From contig NC_091479.1 in NCBI RefSeq assembly GCF_036971445.1, positions 99,882,001 to 99,946,000 of the forward strand: DNA of 64,000 bases. Reading direction: 5' to 3'. Below, piece by piece: positions 1-13,586 of this stretch. Position numbers and translations under genes: made by a program. The number at the start of each line of letters is the position of its first letter. The stretch's first letter is position 1. The notes under the pieces were generated by a model. The model saw only the letters and a program-made list of their open reading frames with translations. It did no database searches and was not told the DNA's origin. The stretch comes from Narcine bancroftii. Lineage: Eukaryota.

Positions 1-1388
1 CACCACTTCCCTTAGTCAACCTTGATAATGCCAGCGGGAGTGAGGGGGACAAAGAAGAACTCTTTCTCTACACTGAACCCCACTCAAAGCATACAGGGTG
101 TTCAACCCATTTTTATACACCTTTGGCCAGGGGTCTGCTTGAGACCCTATAAGTTTCACACGAGTCTCACACAGCTGGTGATTCTTGTTTTTACACAACA
201 CGCTCCCTTGTGGCATCTGCAGACAGCTGGGAAATGTCAGGGTGTCCTCAATCTTGGTGGATTTACATTCTGTTATTATCTCACTACAGCTCAGGGAAGG
301 TCATGTTAGAAGGCAATTATATTTCCACCATGTTACAAAGCAACCACTGTATTTTCTCACTTAATTCATTAATACTTTGTTAAGCATATTTGTTAAACAT
401 TCTTTCACAGGAGGGGTACATGGATGGGAGGGGTATGGATTGAGTGCAGATCAGTGGGACCAGGCAGAAAAATAGTTCAGCACAGACGAGAAAGGGCCAA
501 AGGACCCGTTTCTGTGCTGTAATGTTCTGTGGCCCTATGGAATGTGAAAGGGTGGTTAACAGGGTGGGCAATGCGCTGAGGGGGGGCTGCCTGTATCTCA
601 CTATGACCTCCATCACTTTAAGTATTTCTCTCTTTTAAGTCTATGTCCACTGATTTTTGCAAGTTAGCATTGAAATCTCCTCTGCTCCTACTCTATGTTA
701 AATCCTTCTCTGATTAGCCAGTGAAAAACTCTCCCTGTGTGTAGATAGAAATGGCTCAATGACATAGAAAAAGTTTTTGACAGCAATGAGACGGAGTTTG
801 CATTTCTGATACAAATCACATTGAGCAACTTTTCACCATGCATTGCGATGGTTTCAAATTCTTTAGAAAGCTGCTTTTGGCCGCAAATGATGTACAATCA
901 TCTAGAGAGTCTGTCTTAGGTTTGCTAAACTTAGAAACATCGAATATTTCAGCACAGAAACATGCCCTTTGGCCCATCTAGTCCATGCTGAACTATTATC
1001 CTGCCTCATCCCATTGACCAGCACCCAGACCATAGCCCTTCATTTCCCTCCCATTCCTGTACAAATCCAATTTTTTCTTTGGTTTAAATCAAGCCCGCAT
1101 TCACCACTTCAGGTGGCAGCTGGTTGCATACTCTCACCATTCTCTGTGTGAAAACATTCCCCTAACATTCCCTTTGAACATTTCAGGTTCAAGTTTATTA
1201 ATCACCCGATTGTATCAGTATAACCCCGATGAAACAGCGTTCTCCGGTCCATGGTATAAAACACTACAAACACACATACAGTCATAACACGCCTGCAGAC
1301 AAATGATGCACCCTTCACACTTAGGTTCCCAGGGACAAGACTAATGAGGAAACAGGAATAGCCAGGCAACCAATAAGAAGGCGTAAAA

Positions 1389-1640
1389 GGCGTGGCACGG
1401 TTGACATAGTGGTTAGGGCAATGTTTGGGAGTGGGGTTCAAATCCCACGTTCTCTGTAAGGAGTTGGTACATTCTCCCCGTGTCTGCGTGGGTTTTACCC
1501 AGTGGCTCCGGTTTCCTCCCACCGTTCAAAATGTACCAAAGGTGTAGGTTAATTGGGTGTAAATTGGGTGGCATGGACTCGTGGGCTGAAATGGCCTTTT
1601 ACCACACAGTACGTCTAAATTTTTAAATTTTAAATTAAAA
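1389..1640 (+). mobile_element. tRNA-derived V-SINE (HE1-like)
   Basis: A-box tggcacggttg, B-box ggttcaaatcc, V-domain gtacattctccccgtgtctgcgtgggttt, tail ctaaatttt. Confidence 0.85.
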
Positions 1641-1729
1641 AAAGTTTTAAAAACTGGAGGAAATCAGCGGGTCAGACAGCATTCATGGGGTTCTTTTCCC
1701 ACAGCAGTAAAGATTAAAGGTGAATCTAA

Positions 1730-2087
1730 AGGCCCCTTTCACACTTGCATCCCCAGTAAATTGGCTGTTCAGTGACCTGGGATAGGAATGGGGGTTTGGC
1801 CTTTCACACTGAACCACTCCTAACCAGGACACTGAACACTTTCACATGTGCAAGGGTTTATCCCCGGCGTTTGGTCTGTTCTACCTTTAATTGGAAGTGT
1901 CTGCAATGTTGCTGCCTGATCTCAATGCCGGCACCTATAGATACCGGGGATTGTATTCGGGGGCAATCCCCGGTGTCAGATGATGCCATCTCACGCCAGA
2001 GTGGAGCCGATTTTGCTTTCACACTTTCCACTTTAAAAGACGATTGGCGTTCGATTCCTGGGATCACTGGCGAAGGTGAGAGGGGCT
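1730..2087. mobile_element. PIF/Harbinger-like MITE
   Basis: Termini ggcccctttcacact / aggtgagaggggct, with internal tttcacact repeats. Confidence 0.55.
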
Positions 2088-3244
2088 ACGTGGTCACGTT
2101 CATAATCGCCAGGCATGTTGACGAGAATAAATAATTTGAAAGTGTTTCAGGTGATAGAACGATTTGTAATCAGAGGACACAGGAAAGATACCTTGCAGAA
2201 GAATCAGAAATGAGCCAAAGGATTTTACTCTCTGTGGAGAGTTGCGATGTGGAGTGGGAGGGGGGGAGGAAGCTGGTTCACTAAAATAGGATTGGATAGA
2301 TACTTAATGACAGGACAAAAATTACAGAGCAGGGAATAAAGAGCAAGGGAGTAAGACTGACTTAAGTGTTCGTTTCCAACTGCTGGGACTGAGTAACCGC
2401 CCCCAGTGAGGTATGAGTGTTGTTCATAGGAGATGTGCACTTTCACTGGTTTTAAATAGTCACAGTCGTTATTTTTCCAGGGGAGGGGAATCCAAAATTA
2501 GAGGGCATGGATTTATATTAAGAGGGACAAGATTTTAATCGGGCCCTGAGGCCAATACTTTTATCTTCCAGGGTGGTAGGAACATGGAACAAGAACAGAT
2601 CCTGGGAATTTAACCACCTTTTTTGCCTCCTCACCACCATTGTGCCCCAATTCTATAGACTCTGTGTCCATCCCACAAGGAAATACAGATGCAAAGCAAT
2701 CCATTTAAGCTCTTTTGGCTCTGTACAGAGCTGACCACTCTGGCCTTCAAGAAGGCAATTTTGTTCCTTGATTTCGTTTTGCTCTTTATAGAAGCCCTTG
2801 GAATTTTTCTTCACCTTGTCTACAGAGGTGATGCTGTACCACTGTGCTGAGAAACAAAAGCCATTAAAAAAAATTTAAATGTTTTAATTTAGAGGTACTG
2901 CACATGCCGCCAAAATACATCCACATGACCAATTAACCTCCGAACCTTGCAGGCCTTTGGAATGTGGAAGAAATCCTACGCAGACACGACCGTACTAGCT
3001 TCTTTATAGACATTGGCGGAAATGAAGTCACAGGCTGCAAACTGACGATGAGATTAGACCTCACGTGAAATCAGTCAGGAAGATGTTGGTGTGACGTCAG
3101 GCCCCTGCTCCTTCATGTAGGACTGGGGCTCTTGTCATACTGGTGACTGAACTTACATGAGCACAGGATGTGTGGGTTCAGGACAGGATCCAAAATCAGG
3201 AAGGCAGTATAAGCTACAAAGTTGGAAGAATGAATTTTAAATTT

Positions 3245-3480
3245 TACTTTTAAAAAAAATATTTAGACATACGGCACGGTAACAGGCCATTTCAGCCCAC
3301 GAGCCCGTGGCGCCTAATTTATAGACTTTTAACCTACAACCCCTGGCAAATTTTGAACGGTGGGAGGAAACCGGAGCCCCTGGGGAAAACCCATGCAGTC
3401 ACAGGGAGAACTCCTTACAGAATGTGGCGTTCGGGAGAGACTGTCGTTGGTGGCACTGATAAAGGATTGCAGCTTTAGTA
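3245..3480 (-). mobile_element. V-SINE (HE1-like)
   Basis: Reverse complement of the same family (ggaggaaaccggagcccctggggaaaacccatgcag). Confidence 0.82.
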
Positions 3481-4238
3481 CTTTCTTGAACAGTGCGCTG
3501 TGTGATGATTTTGTGATGCGACCGAGAGTTTATTGTCATATACAGGGGTACAATGTACAAATGCACTGATATACATACTTGTGGTAGCCACACAGGTATG
3601 TAAGGTATACCAAAAACAATAGTTAAATTAAATTACCACAATATGCCAAGGCCGAAAAAGATATAACTGTTTGACTTAGAAGCAGTACTTGGCCATGCAG
3701 TTCAGCAAGTGTCCACATCTTTGTTCTACAGGGAAAGATGCAGTCTCTAACTAGCCAGGACTTGCTCGGTACAGTATTAAGGTGGCACCTTGGCCTACTC
3801 ATTTGCCACAAAACTCAAGTAATGTCGACTCTGCAAACACACCCGTTATTCCCATTCCCCACTCTATCTTCCTTTTATTCTGAGTGTCCCAGGTACCACT
3901 GGAAACTTCTCCTCGCCCACTCTATCTAGCCTTGTCAATATTCAGTATATACGTAGAAAATACATAGTATAATGAATATGAAAGGATAAAAAATAAATAT
4001 TTAGTACAAAAGAAAGTGAAACTTCAGTAATGCAGACCAGAGGTCTCAGGTTTACGGTCAGGAGGTCAAGAGCTGTAGGATTGAAAACTGTTCTTGAAGC
4101 TAGAGGTAAAGGGAGCAGCGAGAAGATGGGACTGGGGTGATGACGTTGGCTGACTTCTTGAGGCAGTTTTCACGTAGCTTGTTATTTACTCGATTCACCA
4201 AAAGGAAACCTCACAATTGATTTTGTGTGCAACAATGT

Positions 4239-4485
4239 GGGGTGGCGCAGTTGGTGTAGCTGTTGGCTCAATGCCTTTACAGTGCCAGCGATCAGGACCT
4301 GAGTTTGAATCCCACACTGTCTGTAAGGAGTTCTCCACATGTCTACGTGGGTTTTCCCCGGGTGCTCCAGTTCCTCCCACCATTCAAAAACCTACGGGGG
4401 GTGTAGGTTAATGGGGTGTAAATTGGGCGGCACGAGCACGTGGGGCAAAATGGCCTGTTACCATGCTGCAAGTCTAAATTTTAAT
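4239..4485 (+). mobile_element. V-SINE (HE1-like)
   Basis: gggtggcgcagttggtgtagc...gagtttgaatccc...ggcctgttaccatgctg. Confidence 0.85.
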
Positions 4486-4939
4486 AAAGCATGACATTTA
4501 TGTTAAGAGCATTGAGGAAAGCTGGTAGTTAGTGTCACAGAATAGTAACAATATCGTGTGGGAGAGATTGGGTCAAAGAGAAGCCTTTGATATAATGAAA
4601 ATTATCTACATATATCAATTCAAACTGAATCACTTTCTGCATCAGAAACAACGTTCAGAATCTCCACAGGAAGATTTACAGCCAAGATTTTAGCCAAAGT
4701 AATTCCAGTGCTGTGATTTTTTTTTTCCTGAGGGGATGTTTTCACTGCAAAATAAAAATACTGGGAGGAAGTTTGCTCAACACTGAAGCCAATATTGGAG
4801 GATTGATACATCGTCTGTACCACCAAGGCAAGAGGCAGGGCCACGATGGGATCAGAGTAGGGTTAAATGGCCAACTGCTGATTGGCATGGCTGCAGATTG
4901 CTCAGGTCTGGACAAGGACACACTAGTTCAACCCAGAGA

Positions 4940-5036
4940 TGAGCTTGGAGGGAGGAGTGAGCTCGAATGGAGGAGTGAGCTCGAAGGGGAGAGTGAGATT
5001 GAAAAGAGGAGTGGGATTGAAGGGAGAGCGTGAGCT
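4940..5036. repeat. Degenerate 18-bp minisatellite (5 units)
   Basis: tgagcttggagggaggag / tgagctcgaatggaggag / tgagctcgaaggggagag / tgagattgaaaagaggag / tgggattgaagggagagcg. Confidence 0.85.
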
Positions 5037-5488
5037 GGGGAACACTCAGGCAAAGTGTACACAGCAGTTGCAGTTGCTGCTGTGCATCTCCAGTGACATA
5101 GGCTTGACCCAGATCTCTGGTGCTGTCTGAGTGGAGTGCGCACATTCTCCCTGCGACCCCTGGATGCTCCCGTTTACTCCTCCTTCCACATTCCTGTAGT
5201 TAATGTTTTGAAGGTTGGGAGATGTGCGAGAATGGGAATGAAGGATGTGGTTTGGGAGTCAACATGGGCTCGAATGGCTCTTGTAACTGTGGGGAAATCT
5301 ATAGCCCAAGGTGCCAGCATATAGTGCAGAACAAGTGTGGTATAGTCAGAGACTGTGTCGTTCAGAGAGACAAGGACAAGGAATGGCGAGGAATGAGATT
5401 GTGTTCGGTTGGGTGTTGGGCAAAACATGGGCTAACTGCAAAGTATTTCACAAGTGAAAACTCAGTGTAGGAAACAAGGCAGCCAATT

Positions 5489-5762
5489 TGGGTGGCACGG
5501 TTAACATAGAGGTGGCACGGTTAACTTAGGAGTGGCACGATTAGCGAGACAGTTAGTGCAATGCTATTACAGTGCCAGCGACCCAGGTTCGGTTCGAATC
5601 CGGTGCTGTCTGTAGAGTTTGTATCTTCCTTCCTGTCTGAGTGGGATTCCACTGGGGGCTCCAAATTCATCCCATCCTTGTAGGTTAATTGGGGTATTTG
5701 GGCAGCAAGGCTTCATGGGCCAGAAAGGACTGTTACTGTGTTGTACGTCTAATTTAAATTTT
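5489..5762 (+). mobile_element. V-SINE with a triplicated 20-bp A-box head
   Basis: A ggtggcacggttaac-like unit occurs at 5491, 5511 and 5531, followed by B-box and tail. Confidence 0.85.
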
Positions 5763-5954
5763 ACACAGATCAAAATCACATAAGCAGAAATGCAATTTAA
5801 AGCGGGAATGCTTTGTTGACTATCAATTGAAAGGTTAAAGAAGTTTGCAGATACCTCTGCCATAGGCCAGATCTCAACCTCTAATAAGGAGATAGAGAGG
5901 CTGGTGACAAGGGGTCAGGACAACAACCTCTCTATCAGTGTCAGCAAAGATGAC

Positions 5955-7780
5955 ATTTTGAGAGTATAGAGTTGGTATGTTCCTGTCAGGATTAAAAGCA
6001 AGGTTAGCAGGCAGAGGGAACCTTGGTTTTCAAGGGATATTGGGGATCAGGTTCGGGGGAAGAGTGAGGTGTATCGCAGGTATAGGCAACACGGAGCAAA
6101 TGAGACATATAAAAAAATGCAAGAAAATCCTCAAGAAAGAAATCAGAAAGGTAAAAGAAGACACGAGGTCACTTTGGCCAACAATGTGAAGGAAATTTCA
6201 AAGGTTTCTATAGGTATATTAAGAGCAAAAGGACAGTAAGGAACAAAATTGGTACCCTTAAAGATCAGAGTGGTTGGCTTTGTCTGGAGCCATAAGAGAT
6301 GGGGGAGATCTTAAATGTTTTTTTTTCATCAGTATTTACTCAGGAAACAGTCGTGGGAAGCAAGGAAAACGAGCAATGAGGTCATGGAACCTATACAGAT
6401 TAAAGAGAGGAAGTACTTGCTGTCTTAAAGCAAATGAGGATGGATAAATCCCCAGGGCCTGACAAGATATTCCCTCGGACTTTGAGGGAGGCCAGTGTAG
6501 AAATTGCAGTGGCTCTGGCAGAAATATTTAAAATAGCCTTAGCCACGGGTGAGGTGCTGGAGGATTGGAGGGTAGCTCATGTTATTCCGTTGGATAGCCA
6601 GAAACTGATTCGGGATAGTCAACATGAATTCGTGCGTAGTAAATCGTGTTACCAGGAAAGTTGATGAAGGAAAAGCTATGGATGTTGTCTTCATGGACTT
6701 CATTCAGTAAGGCCTTTGACAAGGTCCCACATGGGAGGTTAGTCAGGAATGTTTAGACATTAGGTATTCATGGTGAAATGAACTGAATTCGACAATGGCT
6801 GGACAAGAGAAGCCAGAGGGTAGTGGTGGATGATGCTTCTCAGACTGGAGGCCTGTGATTAGTGGTGTGTCTCAAGGATTGGTGCTGGGACCATTGTTAT
6901 TTGTCACCTATATCAATGATCGGGATGATAATGTAGTAAATTGGATCAGCAAGTTGTGAACAGAGAAAAAAGTTTTCAAAGCTTGCAGAGGGATCTGGAC
7001 CAGCTGGAAAAATGGGATGAAAAATAGCAGATGGAATTTAATGCAGACAAGTGTGAGGTGCTGCATTTTGAAAAAACAAACCAAGAAAGGACATACACGG
7101 TAAAATGGTTGGGCACTGAGGAGTGTGGTAGAACAGAGGGATCTGGGAATTCAGATACATAATTCCATGAAAGTGGCGTCACAGGTGGATAGGGTTGTAA
7201 AGTGTTGAGATGCTATGGTGAAGTTGTACAAGACATTGGTGAGGTCAAATTTGAAGTATTTTGTGCAGTTTTGGTAACCTAACTACAGGAAATATATCAA
7301 TAAGATAGAGAGAGCGCAGAGAAGATTTACTAGGATGTTGCCTGGACTTCAGGAACTAAGTTACAGGAAAAGGTTAAACAGGTTAGGACTTTATTCCCTA
7401 GAGCGTAGAATGAGAATGAGGGGAGATTCAATAGAGGTATTTCATATGATGAGGGGTATAGACAGAGTGAATGTAGATAGGGTAGGTGAGATACAAACCA
7501 GAGGACATGGATTAAGGGTGAAAGGGGAAAAGTTTAGGGAAAACAAGAAGGGGAACTTCTTCACTCAGAGTGGTGGGAGTGTGGAACAAGCTGTCAACTG
7601 AAGTGGTGAATGTGGGCTCAACTTTAACATGTAAGAAGAACTTGGACACCTATGTGGATGGAAGGAGTATGGATGGTTATGGACTGTGGTGCAGGTCAGT
7701 GGACTAAACAAAAAAATGGATCAGCACAGACTAGAAGGGCCAAAGGGCCTGCTCCTGTGCTGTAATGTTTTATGGTTCTG
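5955..7780 (+). mobile_element. CR1 (HER1-like) LINE, degraded ORF2 and 3' tail
   Basis: Peptide remnants DKSPGPDKIFPRTLRE, KAFDKVPH, SGV.QG.VLGPLLF, MLPGLQELSYRKRLNRLGLYSLE. Tail gggcctgctcctgtgctgtaatgttttatggttct. Multiple frameshifts and deletions. Confidence 0.9.
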
Positions 7781-8139
7781 AAGTGATGGAGCTGGATGTC
7801 GACTTCAAGCAAACGGGTGGAGCACATGGCCCTGCCTGCATCAGAGGGGGACAGCTTTATGTTCTCAGATGTAAATATCACCAACAATCTGTTCTGGTAC
7901 AATCACGTTGATGCTCACTCCTCGAAAGCCTCTACTTCCTCAGAAGCCGAAAGAATGTTGAAGTGTCCCCTGGGTCTCCTACGAGGCAGAAGGAGCTGAT
8001 GGTGGAGCATGCTTTCAACTTCATCTGTTTGACGGGTGGGGGGGAAAGAAGAGTGCGAATGGGGTGGCATACAATTCCGAATTGTTGGCTGCTTTCCTGA
8101 GTGTAGACGGAGTCAATGGAGGGGAGCTGGTTTACGTGA

Positions 8140-8706
8140 TAGTAAAAAGTATGTGACTTTAAACATTATGAACATGAGTTTTAAACTGTCCAGATACCAA
8201 CTTCACTTTGTGAAGGCCGCCTTGTCGGTAGCCAGGAAATGTATAGTGGATACGTGGAAGTCCGACTCCCAACTAAATATTACATGATGGATTACGGAAA
8301 TGTAGAGTTGTATTCCCCTAGAGCATTTGTTAGGATGTGGCAATGCTATCTGCAGCATATTGGTGCGCAGATGTAAATTCAACCCCTTCTGAATAAAGGA
8401 AATGCAACAATCGGAGTCAGTAGTGAAATGATGGAGACCAGTGAAGTGGGTCGTGGTGCAGATGACGGGCTCTTGTATTTTGTTCCTTATCTTTTTTATT
8501 TCAGATTTCTTTGGATTTTTCTTAAGTGTTTGTGACTTTACCGATCAATGGTTCTTTATATTTGTTTAATTTATATAATCTATTCTTTGTGGTAGGGTAC
8601 GGAGGTAGGGGAGGGGGGAAGATAGACCCAATATTATTGAAAGAGATTGGGTTGTTTGGTTGGATTTGTGTCAGTCTTTGAAAATGAAAAATAAAATATT
8701 CAAAAC
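8140..8706 (+). mobile_element. Old L1 3' fragment
   Basis: FVKAALSVARKCIVDTWK matches the ORF2 C-terminus at 61 kb (FVKIALAVAKKCIMSTWK); ends aataaaatattcaaaa. Confidence 0.75.
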
Positions 8707-9679
8707 CAGAATGTGAGTTTGTCTTGAACACTATCTTCTGTTTTTGTGTTTTACTTTTGCGCTACTTCTTGTCCTTAAGTGTGGGATGACCTGCTGGGAT
8801 AGTCCGCCAAAGAAATATTTTCACTGTAGCTCAGCACACGTGACAACAAACAGTTCAAAATCAGGAGGGCCACTTAGCGCTCTCTGCTTACGTCTGATTA
8901 TCCTCTCAAATCTCTGGAAAAAAAGTTGAAGCAACGTAAGGGGGTGTATTTCTTACCTGTTTGGCATCTTCAATCCAGTGCAGAAAAGGACAAATTCTTT
9001 TATTAGAATTAATGATCACACAAACTAATCATTTTCATCCCGCATTTTAATGAAAGTTACTTAGAAAAATAATTGATCAGGCTCAAGTGAAACTTTTAAA
9101 AAAAGGTCGCATGACTAAACCAACATGTCACAACAATTACTGGTAAAAACACAGAAATGCTGGAGGAACTCAGCAGGTCGCGCAGCGTCCAGAGGAAGTA
9201 AAGACATCAATGTCACAGGCCAGAGTCCTTCCTCAAGGTGTTTTTACTACAACAATTACTGGTATTGACTAACAGTGTCCTTTCCAAGAGATAATATCTA
9301 ACTAGATAAAAAGAGGGAACAAAATGAAATAAGCCTTCTACAGTGAACAAAGAAGTAAAAAATTTAATGAAAGACCTTGAATTACTTCCCCCTGTAACGT
9401 TTCTGTGGATGCATGTAAGAAAATAGCATTCACTTCAATCAGAATGACATCACGAGATCAATTAGGTTACCTGAAATCATCGTGTCACCTCTTCCTTTCT
9501 TGAGAAGGTTATCAGCTCCTGTTGAACGGAGTTCACACTTGATTTACAGATCATACCAGCAAACTCTCTCAATAGAAGTCCTGGTGTACTTATATATGTT
9601 ACAGCTGGTTCAGAGATACTGAGCACATTTAGGAAATCAAGTCAGGGCACGTGACTTGACAAGTCAGGGCTCAGAGGAA

Positions 9680-10441
9680 GTCCGCAGACACTGTGATTGT
9701 AGTAAAAACACACAGAAATGCTGGAGGATCTCAGCCGGTCTCGCAGCGTCCACAGGAGGTGAAGATATATTGCCCACACTTTGGGCCCGAGCCTTTTTTG
9801 AGTAAAAAGGCGGCAGGCTCCTGAATTAAAAAGCTGGGGAGAAGGAAAGTAGAACAAACCAAGTAGAACAAAAGATGTTAATTGGATATGAATGGGAGGA
9901 CAGGAGAGGAAAGGGGAGAACTGGTTGGGAGAAGGGGGGGGGGGGGTTGGTGTTTTTGGCTCCACGGAAGCAGCGGTGCAGGAAAGGAGGCAGAGGAAAA
10001 TGGGAAGAGAGAGAGAGAGAGCTAGAGGGAAGGAGACATAGGGAAAGATGAGGGGGAGGGGCTAACAGGAACCAGAGAAGTTGATGTTAATGCCATCTGG
10101 CTGGAGGGTGCCCAGATGGAAGATGAGGTGCTGTTCGTCCCAAGGTGGTCTCAGTTTGGCTGTGCACGAGACCATGGACAGTCATGTCAGCGAGGGAATG
10201 GAGCAGGGAATTGAAATGGGCAGCCACTGGGTGATCCAGGCTGTTGCAGCTAATGGAGCTGAGATGCTCAGCGAAGCGATCTCCCAGTCTGCATCCAGTC
10301 CATCCGAATGATGGTGAGGGAGGAGGTGTGGCACAAGTTGAGCACCTCCTGCGTCACAGGGGTAGAGGCATCTGCCTGCTTTTTACTCACACCTTGAAGA
10401 AGGGCCTGAGGCCCAAAACATAGGAAATATATCTTTACCTC
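9680..10441 (-). mobile_element. Penelope-like element remnant (GIY-YIG C-terminus plus pseudo-LTR, with an inverted pLTR fragment at about 10370-10441)
   Basis: Minus strand 10080-10300 translates, with a frameshift, as TGCRLGDRFAEHLSS...PVAAHFNSLLHS...EQHLIFHLGTLQPDGININF, typical of vertebrate Penelope/Poseidon GIY-YIG ends. Confidence 0.85.
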
Positions 10442-13319
10442 ACTCGAGGAGTGAGAGAGAGAGGAAGGTGGTGAAGGGAAGTGGAGAGAATTGGCGCTAG
10501 AAACTCACCAACAAGAAGACCCTGCAAAAATAAATACCTGGTGCCCAGTACCAATTCTTCAAAATTAAACATTTTCATTTCTGCACACAAACAAGCAATA
10601 AATAGAGGCTACCATCAAAATAGACAACGCTCGAACCCTCTTCAAAACATAAATATCAGCTATTAACACCGCTTTTTAAGTAACAATGGTCTACTTAATT
10701 AATGTGTAGATGAAACTATCCTCATTGAACAAATATTTAACAAAGTGATTTAAACATGTTCCCAAATGAATTAAAAATGGCTAGACTTGACTGTGAAGAG
10801 TTAGAGATTGGGTGGTTAATGCTATAGTGAAATAGGCTAAAGTAAGACCACACTGAGTTCCATTATAGTTGGGGCATTCAATTTACCTTCCCTTGTTTCT
10901 TAATCCTCTTTGAATAATAATTAAGTCAACTGCAATGGGAGGTTGCCCAATTTTAAATGACTGGGAGAAGGAATGTAGGAGCAATGAAGAAAAAATGTCT
11001 CCACGCAGAGAAAGGTGAAGCTCTGGAGCTCGCTGTCTCAGAGGATGATGTAGACGGAAGCCCTCATCACGTTGATCAGTTCACGGACCTAGTGATAGAA
11101 GATTGGATGAAGTCACGCACATCGTCTCGAGCCAGCGGGCACAGGCCTCCTTCTGAATCGTACATTTCCTGTATCGTTATGGGTGCCAACTTCACCTGTG
11201 CCTTCCGATCAGCGTCCTGTGTGCGTTGATTTGGATAGTTGGGGTGAGGCAAAGTAGTCGCCTCCTCCTCTGGTTGAAACTTTGGTTGAAGTTCAGCAAC
11301 TGGGGCATGAAGATTGTTGCTTCAAGTGGGAGGACAGAAGAAGACACCCAGAGGGGCCCAACTAGGAAGGGAACAGTCAGCACTTCATTGACTCGATGAG
11401 TGCATGAGTGGCATTCACTTAGAACTAAAGCTCCGCTCTGCTCTAAGTTCTGCTTCGAAGCCTAGGTAGAGCCGACACTTGTAAGTCTTCCATCCACCTC
11501 AATGGGAAACCCGGAAAAGGAGCAGAATCCGCAGAGCTGAAGTCATGAGAGCTCTCCATGGAAGCTCTGCCATTGCTATCCTCGATTCCATGGAGTGGAA
11601 CCAACCGCAGGAGGAGAAGGTGCAGGGACAATATCACATCCTCTTCCCCCATGGAACTGCATCCGCTCCATCCTGTCCTGAGCACAGGCTTTTGCAATTG
11701 GGCCAAGTTTCCAGAAACACTGTGGTGGCAAGACCTTTGGCCAGTTTAGCATGGCAGCAGTGCAAGAGATAGCTTCCCAGGTCCTTGAGGGCAGTAAATG
11801 GACAGAACACTAAAAGTCGGCCTCTCCCAAGATATCCAAAGAGTTTAAAAAATCGTCTCCATATCATGACTCAAATACGAATCCCCGCTCTTAGGCTGGT
11901 AGAGTTCCTTCAAGTTTTAATTGGATTGGAAACATGGATATATCTTTTCGATCATTATTCTCCCAACCAAGTAACACTGAGTTGTGGGATTTATCTTCAC
12001 CAAAGAAGGCATAGGGCATGTTTTAATCTTGGGACTGTCTGGGACTTAGTACTTTTTGAAAGTTGTACTTCACAGTTTAAAAATATTCTTTTAATTTTAA
12101 AATAAATCTCAACAGTTGACTTTTAAACAGCAGTTGAATTTAACAATGCACATGGAATTAAGAATTGTTGAATACCCTTGGAGAATCCGCATCATTCATG
12201 TTCCTAATGGAAATGACAGCAACATTTTTGTTCTTTTGCAATTAAAATACTAGGAACACGCAGTAGGTCAGGCAGTATCTGAAGGGGAGAAAGAGAAACA
12301 GAGCTAACGTTTCCGGTGGAAGACCTTCCAAACTGAAACATTAATTCTGTTTTTCTTCAGTACACACGAGTGCTAGAGAAACACAGCAGGTCCTAGAGTC
12401 ATGGATGCAGCGTGAAAACAGGCACTGTGACCCAACTTCCCCATGCCGACCACACGCCCGTCCTATCCCCAGGTATCCATCCGATTTTGTATTTAGGCAT
12501 CGCAGTAGTACCTGCCTCAACCATCATCTCTGGCAGCCCGTTCCATACACCCACCGCCCTGGCGTAAAAAAAAAAGGTTACACCTGAAGAAACATTGATG
12601 CCTTTTGCTTTCCATGGATGCTGCGTGACCTGCTGAGATTCTCCAGCACTTTTGTGTACCACTCCAAACCCCAGCATCTGGACATTACTTGGTGGCTTTT
12701 CTATGCCTGAACAGAGAGATTCCAGTTTTACCTGTGCTGGGGGTGGGAGGAGTTTCCAACTCCATTACAGCAGGTTCCAGCTGGGTAAGACAAGAGTCAA
12801 GAGCCCACTGAATGGATGCTGGCAGATATAACCTACAGCCACCATGGAAGACTCTTGTCCTTTACAGGCAGGTGAAGTCGTTTAAAGGATGTTGAATCCA
12901 CCTCGAGTATTTTTTCTGAACTCAGAAAAATCAATCAGAAAACCCAGTAACCAATCTGTTATTAATCTAGACTTGGCATCAGATGACAAAGGCTTCATGT
13001 TAGCTTTCTTAAAAGAAAAATTAACCATAATTGCAGTTTAAAATCACCAGAAACACTTGAAACTAATTGCTGAAAAGCTGATTGTTAAAGGATACAGCAA
13101 TGTGTAACAGGATCTCTTTCAGTTCACAAGCCATTTACTGCAGACCAGTCGGTCCCTGGAGAGTATTCAGGGCGAGATATTAACAGTGTATCTCATTGAA
13201 CCTTGGGCTTGGAGAATCCTTTCACAAACAAGACACCCCCAATAAGAATCAAACTGCCTCTTATCTCACACAAAAGAGTCGGAGACCTCATTCAGGACAG
13301 AACTTCTTGAAACGACCTG

Positions 13320-13458
13320 NNNNNNNNNNNNNNNNNNNNNNNNNNNNNNNNNNNNNNNNNNNNNNNNNNNNNNNNNNNNNNNNNNNNNNNNNNNNNNNNN
13401 NNNNNNNNNNNNNNNNNNNNNNNNNNNNNNNNNNNNNNNNNNNNNNNNNNNNNNNNNN
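13320..13458. other. Assembly gap (139 N) in the presumed CHST11 3' UTR
   Basis: Run of N. Confidence 0.99.
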
Positions 13459-13586
13459 GTTATTTAAATAATTTTGATTCTTGCTGCTCGCAGCAAAGAA
13501 GCAAATCTTCATTAAATTTACAAGACAAAAATCTGTTTATGCCGTTATAATAACAGGTAAAACCTTAAATTAACTGGCCAGCATTT

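Noticed and set aside
8950-8990. Strong minus-strand donor-like site (CAG|GTAAG)
   Set aside because: No convincing acceptor or recognisable coding exon upstream of it.
1-13319. Exons of a neighbouring gene such as SLC41A2 (tail-to-tail with CHST11 in human)
   Set aside because: No matching peptide seen in any listed ORF; small exons could have been missed by eye.
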